Shown here: one piece after another, positions 11,501 through 23,500 of the stretch
Layout of the letters: every line of letters starts with the position of its first letter
Numbering within the stretch: position 1 is the first letter of the stretch
NCBI GenBank assembly: GCA_051294905.1
Contig: CM119382.1
Location: forward strand, 3,286,001 to 3,350,000
DNA from: Botryllus schlosseri
Taxonomy: Eukaryota
Direction of reading: 5' to 3'
Length of the DNA stretch: 64,000 bases
Made by a program: the position numbers and the translations under genes
The notes under the pieces: model-generated
The model's database searches: none
The model's input: only the letters and a program-made list of their open reading frames with translations
Told to the model about the DNA's origin: nothing

Positions 11501-14500
11501 GTATTTGAAAAAAAGTATTAACGGTGACAAATTCTTCAATCATTTATCATAGATCTATCTATCGTAAATACTATGATTTCAAATCCTAAATTTTAAACGT
11601 CAATAACTCCGCTTGTAAGGGATGGAATTGAGCCAAATTGGGTCAAATCCGTACCTGAAATACGCGAAAGTCGCTATGCACAGAACCAAGCACACGATCG
11701 AGATCGAGATCCCGACTTTTGTGATGATGTCCAAGGCCCTGTCGTGATATTTCGAGACTTCAACTCCGGCGTGATTGACCAGCACTGCGAAGCTAGTCAG
11801 GTGGTCGCATTCGCAGATGGTGTGAGTCGTGTTGCCAGATTTGAAAGAACATCCCTGATCGCTCCAATTCCCTTTGCCACCACTGAAACGAATCGTGAAG
11901 ATTAGCAGTGACTTCTATGTGGCTGTGCAAAATCTGATTGCGTAAAAGCGGCGTGAAGTCGCGGATTTTTGCTATGACATTTTTACAAAGTCGATATCGT
12001 ACGATAACTTTTTAATTGAATAGTGATTTCATACTTAAACGTACCAGATTATTTCATTTCAATATGAATGTGCTATACGATTGTATTTTGAAGTTCTGTA
12101 CCTCCAAGAAGCTCTTCAGATAACTTTTTAGAGAGACATGAGATGATTTTCCCTAACCATAAGTTCCATTGTAAAACTTCCATAGCTACAAACTATCGTA
12201 GTTTTGTATCGTTGCGTTACATTCAGTATAAAGGAAACATACCCGGCTTGAAATTCCCAGTAAACGCACCGACGAGGAGACAGTGAAGGCTGAAATTAAA
12301 GCAAATAGTTATACAAATGACATATAGTATGAGCAATATCTTGTGGTGATTTGAAATGATGCGATTAATGTGAAACTGAACTGAATCGAAGTGCCATAAT
12401 TTATAATATTACCATCGTATGCAGATTGACTAGCGCTGTACCGCGTACCTCTCTGTGCTGCAAAGTAATCAAGGCCGGCGTTCGCAACGCGGCGTGGTAG
12501 CCGTGTTGCTGAAAAGTGGCCGAAATGACGCGCGAGTCGATTTCCCAATCGCTGTCGACGGAAGCGTCCAGAAAGCTGCTGAGGTTGTTGTAAAGCGTGA
12601 ACACCGCGATTGCAGGCCCTGGAAAAGAATCGACGCGGTGAGTGAGCATTAAGGTTCGAGTACTTCTCGTAACCAAGTCACGTAAGACTTATGAGTTCAG
12701 CTATGCACCTCTTACGCGATTACAAAATAAATTGAATAATACATTCAGATGGTATTACGGTGTATTGAAGTTTTTTACCTCCAAGAAGCTCTTTGATTGA
12801 AAATATGCAGATGGCAATGCCACTCAATCAACAATAATTGCAAATTTGCCAATACTCATTATGAGTAAAATCATGCAGTGAATACATTCAGTCGGCGGAT
12901 GCGGACCTGCTAGCGAAACAGTAAGCTTATTTCGCCATGCCACAAAGAGCTAGTGACGCGGCCTAATAGGCTATTAACGCATCCACTTAGCAACATGGGT
13001 TAACAATGTAATTCACAGCTTTCAATTTAGAAATACAATTACACATCGCAGAACATAATCCAAACTTTTTTCTCGGCCCGCAAACGTATTTTTGCTTCAC
13101 ATTTACCCCTACTCTAGCATAATACACACACCCGTGGTACCTACCCGTTAAACTTTGCGACATGACATCGCCCGTGGACAAGTCGATGCTGTCGCCGCCG
13201 CACGGTCCCCGCGACTCCGCGCACGTTTTCTCGCCCGGAAATGACGTCACTTCCGCTAAATCGGTCACGTTGATGACTCTTTCGCGCACCGCGATTTCCA
13301 CGAGCACTTCCTCCGACGACATAACGACCGCGTCTGAAACGGATATGAACATTTGGACTTATTTATATTATTTTGTTAATATATATTTTTTTTATATTCG
13401 GTGATGCTATCGTCGATATACAATATGTTCCTTTCAATTCTCTACTAGTTGCTGACGATTACCCCATCCTATATTTAGATTGTAACAACAAGGATTTCGG
13501 AACTCACCGGATCCGGGTTCTCTCATATCCGGCGGAGTTTGCGCGATGGTGTCGGCGTACACGAAGCTCGCCTTCTCGGTCGCGTTCATCAGAGACACGG
13601 CGACCGCTGTCTGTGTGTCTGTCGCGAGTCGGGACATGGCGTCGCTGGTCAGGATGTTCGCCGAGATATACGTGATGGACTACGAAAATGAGATTGTGAC
13701 GTCAGTAAAGAGAAATGAATGCAACGTGCTTGAGACTATTATAGGATTGATTACATTTACGGAATGTGTCGACACATTACTGGCCTATTTCTCATACAAT
13801 GCGATTTCGAAAAAAGTAAGTATTCTAGGCCTAGTTTTGCATAACAAACTGAAAACTGTCAAGTAGAAGTGGAAGTAATCTCGTAAAATTCCACTCAATT
13901 ATAACTTGGGTCGCAATTGAAACAAAAATCAATATAAAACAAACATGTTTTTTATTGTTCTTTTTTGTTTTTTTCAAACGATGACGTCACGAATCCTTAA
14001 TTATGACGTCGCGCAGTGGATTGACATTTACGATTGAGAATATAGGCCACGTATGGCTCCTGTGACGAAAAATGCTCCCGACCACTGTCATAACGAACCA
14101 AGAATATCTTTAACCAGGACTACATCGCTATGCAGCATTTTTACATCCATATTTAGGTGCTATAAATGTGAAACCAACCACTTTACATCATATATGTCGA
14201 CCATATCGGGTGCAAAGCGTCTGCAGGCACAATGATGGCATAATTATACAACGTATAGAAAAAACTTTGAAGGCAGTTTTTTAAAACACTGTTTAAAATA
14301 TGTTTTAAATACAACCCTATTCATTATAGCAACGTAGATGAATATGCTTCTCGCAAGCATCACTGCGCAGATTTATCTTCACAATTCCGTGTGTGTCTAT
14401 TACGCGATTTGACTTTTAAACGTGATATCTCTAATAAAACCTGATCGACTGCTATTCGCAATTTGTCTGCCCGCATCGTCTACGTACCAATTTCCTATCC

Positions 14501-17500
14501 CGAAAACGTCATAGACAAGGTGATTGCGATTTCTCTAAATTACCACCTTCCGCCGCCCTAATTTCCACGACTGACCGAATCAAAGTCGAATTCAGGAAAT
14601 TTCCTTCGCAAATAAACACCAATTAACCAATCATCCGTTCGTATAGTCCTACGCACACGAAGTCGCACATTTCAGGCGGAAATTACAGGGTCTGTGGACT
14701 TGTACGCCCGCTGGGTCACGTGGAAACTCAAAGAGTGGTCGAATAGTCCGTGATTTAGTTAACACCTTAAGCGCGGTGGCTTATTATAACCTACGTGGGG
14801 CCTACAGTCATTTAGCCATCTATACACTCTCAGCGAAAAGAATGTATATTCACACGGAAAAGGTGGTACAGACAGAACACGCAGAATTTACCTCGCAATT
14901 ATACAGAGGTATAAATCAAACGTAACATTTTAATCAAAATGCTGCTTGAAATACTAGAATAAGCACAAATGGAGTACGAAGTACCGTGTAAGCATGTGGG
15001 ATATATAACAGAGGCGGGCAGCTTATCCAGCGGGCCCGGTATGGGAAAATGAAGTTCCTGGCAGGCCGGGTTCCTGAATCGATACATTAATCGCGTATTT
15101 ATTCACCTACACAAGGAATAAATCGTATTTATCGAACTCAGAAGAATGTTTATGGAAGTCCGCACACCAATATGCTTCAATATGATTCCTGATACGCCGA
15201 CTATTAACACGGCCCACTTTCCTAGTATGCTTTTGTAAAACACCGCTTGTGCGGGTCCAACGGTTGAAGTGGCAGCAGTCAATTTACCTCCACCATAGAT
15301 CTGGCTTCGTCTTGACTAGGCACGGCGGCTTGTTCCAGCAATTCGTCGACGAGGGATGTTATTTCAGGCACGTCCAGATCGGAAACCTCCGCGATTTCTT
15401 CTGCTATCGAGTTCAACGCGGTCGACACCACGATAAGTCCTGTAGATAGTTCACTTCATTGACAAAAATTCAAGATTTGACAACGTGCGATGCCGGGCGA
15501 TGTAACAAGTTAACGTGGTCGGTATGGGCTTGTTTCTGCCACTTTTACCGCCTCCGATAACATAGTAATAAGGTACCGACCTGATTTCACTTTGTGATCA
15601 ATCTGGGCCACCCACGTGTTGCACCTGGTCACGTCAGGCCCGGCCACGTGCCAGTCCGCTTCGCGCATGGACGAATCTCTCTCGCATCTCCACGTGGCGA
15701 ATTCTAAATCGTAAGCGAAACGCAGAGTAAAAAATCACTATCGTATTTGCGTGAATTTTAAAACGGTCTGTAATTGTGATTGCGGACATATATGTAGGCC
15801 GCAAAACAGTGTTTGACAATTCGATAATTCTAGTTTTATTACATGCATTTCACCGTAATTGAACTAATTACACATTTAGAAGCATCTAGTCGGCAAAGTC
15901 TGCTTGCGAGCTTATTAACTCACCCCCGTTTCGAGATGGGCATTCCACCCTGACCTGTTCGCCTACTTCGGTATCTGGCCACGTAATCCCACCGCGTAAC
16001 ACAGAACTGCAATATTCGACAGGCACTTGCATTCCGGGCAGTAGAGGCGGCGTAGGCTCCGTGGTTGTAGACACTGGGACGGTCGAAGTGGGGGACGGTG
16101 GGAGTATTTCTGGTTTGTAGATTGCGGTTGTGGAAGAAACAGTGGCAGGGGTGCGCGTAGTTTTCGAGTCTGAAAATGGTGATTTTGGATTTACAACGCA
16201 ATTGGATGATTTCTTTGTTTTGATTTTGTGAAACGTCTGTCGATTAGGGCTGTTCCAAAATTACTTTTTTTTTCAAATTTAACTGGCTACTTGAGAAGAT
16301 CGTGAGGTTGCCTAAAACAACGCTGCACACCAATTTTGACTTTTCCGAATTAGATTAGAATTAGAAATATAGCTAAACATTTTTTTTAATTAGATTAGAA
16401 TTAGAATTATAACTACAGTTTTCTTTCATATTAGATTAGCATTAAAATGATAGCCACAGTTTTTTTTAAATAAGACTAGAATTGGAGTTATGACTACACA
16501 TATTTTTTCCAAATTAGATTAGAATTAGAATTATATCTACAGTATTTTAGAAATAAGACTAGAATTGGAAATATAACTAGTTTTTCTTTTAAATTAGATA
16601 GGAATTAGAATTATAGCCAACGGTACAGATTTTTTTTTCAAATAAGACTAGAATTGGAATTATAACTACACAGTTTTTATTCAAATCAGATTAGAATTAT
16701 AGCTACAGTTTTTTCAAATAACAAGATAATTGGCATTATAACTACACATTTTCTTTAAATTTGATTAGAATTGGAATTATAGCTACAGTTTTTTTTCAAA
16801 TGAGACTAGAATTGGAATCATAACTACACAGTTTTTTTTTCAAGTTAGATTATAGAGTTTGAATAATAGCTACCGTTTTTTCTCCTAATTAAATTAGAAT
16901 TAGAATTGCTAAATTCACGAAACTTTAGAAATTGAATATGTTTAGTTCGTATCAAAAATCGGGGTCGACTAAACTTAAGCACGAGAATGCAGGGATATGT
17001 AAAACTAGATATCCCTGATAAGAATGACAACTGTATGTACATCAAGCTTTGCTCGTTCAGCACTATACACTATACAGCTCTCCTGTAGCATTTTCAGGGA
17101 AAGCAGAAATTAGATTATAATTTAAATAAGAACATATAAATATTTCACTAATTCGATTAGGATTAGAATTAGAGCAAAGAAACATTCAACAAATCAGATT
17201 AGAATTTGATTATACAGGCATTTCGCTTTAATTAGACAACCAGAGTCATCTAGTTACCAAAGTCTGCTGGAAATAGGAATTTACCTTCGGAAGGATCCTT
17301 CCCGTCAAAATTCAGTTTGTACTGTATCGCTTTCCCCCCTACTGCGTCCCAAGAATACAACAACTGTTCCCGCGGGTTGTACGAGATAGTGAGAGGCTTG
17401 TGGCGTAGGAAATGGTTTCGCGCTTGGTCGAAAGGCAGACTCAAGCTTTTGGACTTGTGTTTCCTGGCGTTCGTGTTGAAGGAATAATCCACCACGCCTG

Positions 17501-20500
17501 AATTTACGCCGACAGCGTAAAGGACCCCGCATATCATGAACGTGTGAGAAGACTGCGCTCTGCGATGTGCTGTCACCCAGGTTTTCTAAACGATATGAAA
17601 TAAGTATTCAGAGGTGGTCAATAGGGTTGTTCAAATATAACTTCAGCTATCAGCTAAAATTGTTAGGTTGCTGTGTATCGTTTTATTATATCGTCGATGG
17701 GTGGCATACCTTTGTCTATCTCCATCGATTTTACGAGAATACGGTGGCCTTTTTACAACCAAACTCCATCAAATTAAAACTTACAGTAACTGTGAGATGG
17801 TCCTTGTCCACTTTCTTGATAGCCAGCGCCCCGTTGCCGCGCGTGTACGCTACCCACAATCCTTGCTCGTCTACCGACAGGGTCATATTTTGCAGCCGTC
17901 TCACACCACCTGTGCGGTCCGTGATTTCAAATTCCTTGGCTACCGTCTTCGACATCAAATTGTAACGGACTAACACGCGGCTGTTTTCCTGTGGAACAAA
18001 AAACGACGGGGTGTTACATAATCGTGCGAATTAGTGTATATGTAGTAGTAGTAGGGTTGTTTTTTCACCTGTTTGATAAAATTGTTAGGTTGACTAAGAA
18101 ACGTTCCACGCCAAATTTGACTCCATTCCAAGGAGTACAAGTGAAGCTATTGCAGTTGGAAAATTTTGAATTCATCATAATATTTTTCTTTAATTAGCTG
18201 TCTTCCCATGAAATTGTTACGCTGTATAAAAAGCCCACGCAGTTATAATACTTGTCTGTTCTCTACCCAAAACATCAATGGATATTAGATGATAGAATAT
18301 CTCTGCAATCTACAAACGAAAAGCATATAATATGGTGCGATTTAACAAGGCTTATATGTATAACTGTGCATTCCGAAACGGTCAGCCTAACGTCGCCATA
18401 ATTCTCCAGTCAACTGAATTTGCTGCATTTTGGATAATGGGGTGTAGAAGTTTTTTTTGTCATCGTAAATGTCCTTTGTCGCTACACATAGACGGACTAT
18501 TTTCTAGTCCATTAGCGTGGTCGGGCTGTTTATGTTTTGGTTGACAGACATCCGACACTATCCGACGAATTCTTTGATTCGTGAACCCTACAAGCAAAAA
18601 GCTTTCTTGATGATTGCCGTTGCGCGGATATACTCCCTCAAATGACCTTACTCTTTTGAATTATAAGTCCAGCAACGTGAAAAGCGGGTTACTACAGTCG
18701 GAAAGCGGTCACTGCAAAGCTTATTTTATACCAACGTACGCGTAACTCCATGTATCAAGTAACGGTCTCGGGTTAAGTTACAGCAACGCTCTATATACCG
18801 TATCGACTTGCATGCGCTATATGTCAGCTGGGTGGGTTTGTGTACAGTGCGGCCTAATCCGTAGGCGATAGGTTACATTTCGAGTGCTATTAGGAAGGAT
18901 TTTCGGAGTCGGATAACACCGCAATCGACGGATCGACACCGCTAGTCTGTAGACGGTCGTATTTGGACTTGTTGAACCCGGCATACTTTAAGCGGGCTTA
19001 GCAGAGTCGGGTTGCGGTATAAGTAGCGGTTTTGCGGAAGGCAAGTATTTTTACTTCCATATTTTCGGGTTTGCGTAGCTGCGATTGAAAGGGGATTAAA
19101 AATATCGATTCCGAAAGTCTGGAGGTCAGTTTTGTTGATGTTTCAGCAGATATAGTAGGAATGTGATACAGGGACTTCGCGCCCTTGATGATAAGATACA
19201 GTGGGCTACCACGAAAAGGCACTGAGAATATTACAAAAGCATGAAGGCATTCCCCATAAAGAAAACAGTAATTTGGATGTAGGCTATATCTAAGTATTCG
19301 AAACTGAATCGTGCAATAATAATAAAATATCCCGCTCCCTGGCATCCCCAAGATTTATCCACGAAAATTATACTTTCGATAGTATTTCACACTCTGGAAG
19401 GCTGTAAACCTCGATTGGCCGTATCGCAGCATACGAAGAGTGTAGTAGCCTACAAAGCTACACAAGCTAGTGGCAATGACAGCATTGCCACAAAGTACGT
19501 GGTCAAAAAATACCAAATTTTCTTTAGCGTGATGCAGAATATATAAATATGCATTATATTCTTCGCGGTGTCATACAAGGTACATATTTGAAATTTCCAC
19601 TATCGTACTATTATGAAGTCATAACGAGTAGTGCTTGAATGCTTTAATCAAGATCGAAGCCTAATAGCCGATCCAGAATCGTATTATTTGCCTAACTCCA
19701 AATATTTGGTCCCTGCGGTTCTTCATGTTACAGTTAACGGTGCTCAATATACAACTGTCCAAATCTTGATGTGATGAAAGATTGGCGTTTGGGAGTGAGC
19801 AATTGTAGTTTCGTTGTCAAAGCCCGTAGCTATTATGGTACTTCGATAAGACAGTCCACCAATCGATAAATTCCGCGTACAAGTTCTTGTAAACATACCT
19901 TGAAATAGTAAAGATTCCTGTCGTACACCACGAACTGTAACCCAGCCACGTTGTTCGGCAGCGCGTAGCTTGTCAGGCGGTTTCCAAGTTTGAAGTCCTC
20001 CCAAGAGGAGTATTCGAACACTGCGTTCCCGCTTGACGCGTAAAAAACATGGTGTTCGTTGAATAGCGGGTCTTTGGTCCATGTTGCGGGCTTACGATGG
20101 CCAGCTATCTTTGCAGACATTTCCTGGCCGATTCCGGTTAAGATTCCGGGGCAGTTGAATACTGAAATTAAAGTAGTAAGGCTTTAACTACAAATTTAGG
20201 ATTTCAAATCATGGTAGTTACCGTGGGTAGATTTGCAATAACGAATTGAAGAATTTTCACCGTAAATACTATTTTTTCAAATCCAAAATTTTGTACTCCA
20301 ATAACTTCGCTTCTACTGGTTTGAATTAAGCCAAATTTGCTGCACAACGTTTTTTCTAGACAGCATAACAATTTCGTAGGGTAGCCAGTCAAATTTCAAA
20401 TTTTTTATTATTTTGAAAATTTATTGAATAAATCGAAAACCTTTTCTTGTGTAGCAATGCTTTTATAGGTTAGAATCGAGCCAGAACTTGTGTGCAGCGT

Positions 20501-23500
20501 TTTTTAGGCAACCTAACAATTTTATCCGTAAGTGAAATCTGTACGATATCTATAGGCTGATTTACGCATCACGCAGCACTTGTAAATCAATACGCAAATG
20601 GACTCGTCCACGCGTCCCTTCCGCTGCGATTTTACGCGCACGAGTTGATTTGGAATTCGCGCGGCGATAACGGACTGTTCAAGCTGTCACGGTCATGCAG
20701 CAGAAGGTTTAGTGCTGTCTGCACCCGGCGGAAGTCATATCGACAGTCGCTGGTCAGCGGACTTGCGGTAATGCTGCGTGAAATCAATGCGCTCAGATTT
20801 CACGACCTCAGAGGGCTTAGTCGTAAAGGTATTTATTTCAAGCTATTCGTTGACGGTTGTCCAATAGTCGTGATGGTAACAGACTATTATGACTACAGCG
20901 GCGGACATATAACTATAGTCAGGCACTATTTTTCCTAACTTAACACTGCGCAACGTGAAGTGTTTCAACTATAACTTTTCTATATTATTAACTGAATATA
21001 TCCACGATAATAGGTAGGCGGCCCAAGCATCTCTTTTCGACTAGTTGTAAAAAAACGTGAGAAATCGTAAAACTGATACGCAGGCGTAGGTATCGCACAA
21101 TATTGGAATCACTGACATCATTACATAAACTAATAGCAACGTTCGCACATCATGTCAAGTGTTTTGCACAGGGCGGCAAATTCCTCATTAGTGTAATTTC
21201 CCGAAAAACACCGCATTTTATACTATGATTACACAGTATGCATACCAATCAATCTAAAACGTTTCAATTAATTAGATGTACGGTCGCTACCGTGTGCACG
21301 AAAGGAAATCTTACTTGAACTCTCGTGAAATAACACGTCCCGGAACCAAAGTCGGTCAACAAGATAATTTTTATCTTTCTAAAATTACATTAGAACTAGA
21401 ATTACTCGGAATTCGCAAAGGCGCGGAAATTGAATTAAATTCAGAATTGTGAAGAACTACAGCAACAATCAAATTCAGATCATACCAAACCAGAGTTCAT
21501 TCTAATAAGAATCATAACGGCAAATATCTGCACCAGTCTTGAACAACTAAATAATTCCAGTTGTATTATTTGACTAATTAGAGCGAAATGCCGATAATCG
21601 AATTTGTGAAATATTTCTTAGCTGCAATTGTAATTCTAATATCATTTATGAAATGTTTCTACAGGAGAGCTGTAAAGTGCAGAGCGAGCCAAGCTAGCTG
21701 TACAGACATTTGCTATTCTCACGGTCAAAAGAATGATATTGACGAAACTTCATTCAATGTCCTAGTTTTCGGGAATTCAGTAATTCGAATCTATTTTTTT
21801 AATTATGATGTAATTTGAAAAAAAATGGGTAAATGCAAGTTGCTGTGATCATAGAAGCTGTAATTCTAATTCTAATCTAATTTCGATCCAAGTCTGCGCA
21901 CCGTTTCGCACTATTCAGTTCTATTGTACTATTTAAAAAAAATAGATTACAATTAAATTTAGAGCATAAAAACATCTCATAATTTAGATTACAGTTGAAT
22001 AACAATCAGAACCAAATTATCTACTAGTTCCCCCAGTTTTGTTTGGTTATTTTCTTGACCTAATCTCTAGTGGCGGGTCGCTTTTACGCTTAGCAATGCG
22101 ATGCTCATGAATCATCGGATAAATGCAGAATGCAGATGTTCTTCCAAATAATGATGCCGGTTGGCACAATCGATTTAAGAAACGTACAGGGAGATCTGTG
22201 TAAACCTGGATATAGGGTTGTTGGGCACACTGAATCATTGCACACACCTAAGAATATAACACTTACTGTATCTCACGCAGTTGAACTTGGTTTCCAGGTA
22301 TTTCATAGTTCCCGGGCATGGATCGGGAAATATATCGGACGACACTAGGAATGAGCATTCCGTTTCATTATCGCACCTGAAATTACAACAAAATTGTTCG
22401 TTTACATTGGATTTTGTAATTTATTAACTGTAAGGTCCTTCACCTAATATGTGTTACACGACGACAGAACGTAACTCAGAAGTATGTCGCAGTTATAAAT
22501 TATACGTGTGTACGTGCATAGTCTGCATACTTAGCATACCTTCCTGCGTCCCTAGGCGCCGGCATGTAAATTGTGTGTTTGATCTATAACGTGGTGTAAG
22601 TCTGAGATAGGTTCTGGTTTGGGGCATCACGGGTGTATATTCACAGTTCACGCCCGTATATCACGGGTGGCGCATGGATGTTAATACACACACAGTCTTT
22701 TCGAGGGAACTTATTTCCTGGTTGTACTGTGCCTGTAATTCTCCGTCATTTTCAAAGCAAGTTATACCACACCACAGACCGCAATCATATAATCCAGCCC
22801 GATGCTAAAACAAGGCTTAAAATATTGTCAAGATTTTATACCTTTCAGAAACAATGTCGTAAGCGCCCGCCAAGGCGCAGTTAGTGTTCTCAACCAGGTC
22901 AGACGAAGCGCTACATATGTCTTGAGATCGCCGGCCGTATTCAGCAGATACGATCTAAAATTTACGTTCGATAAATCTCGTCATTAAACTTGAACTGATG
23001 ATTGTATAATGTATATGCAGACCTGGATTACGTCTTGTCCGGGACATCTCATGTGTATCGGATACTTTTCGCATTCCGTCTCAGACCGTACCGGGAAACC
23101 GTTCATGGAATTCGGTTCCTCGTCTGGCCAACCCCACCCTGCCGCTGAAATTAAATTAAAAATTAATTTCGTCAATACCGTCGCCGTTTTCAAAGGCTTA
23201 AAAATCGCGGTCAACATTCCGTGTACGCACAGCCAAAGAATCGATGGTTCGTGTCGAAATTTACGATATAAAGCGTAGCACAATATCGCACGGAGTCTCT
23301 CCATACGTAACTTGATGGGTAAGTTATAATTTACGATAATTCGATCATAAATTATAGGCGTGCTGGCTGAATAATTCATGTCTTAACGTACGCAATTCAC
23401 AATACTCTGACGTGGCGAGTATTTTCATTATTATAACACAGGACGGTTGTGTCATCGCGATTACATAGTCGCATGTAATCTAGGGTAGCTTTGGCTGAAT

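Noticed and set aside
5024-13866. Plus-strand ORFs such as 5024-5326, 8167-8571, 12455-12652, 13162-13404, 13373-13675, 13546-13866
   Set aside because: Antisense shadows of GC-rich minus-strand latrophilin exons; no independent motif or splice support.
17559-17760. Acceptor at 17560 plus a small exon ending at the 17710 donor
   Set aside because: The acceptor at 17586-17587 gives a direct in-frame junction and restores the conserved TW.T motif, so no extra exon is needed.
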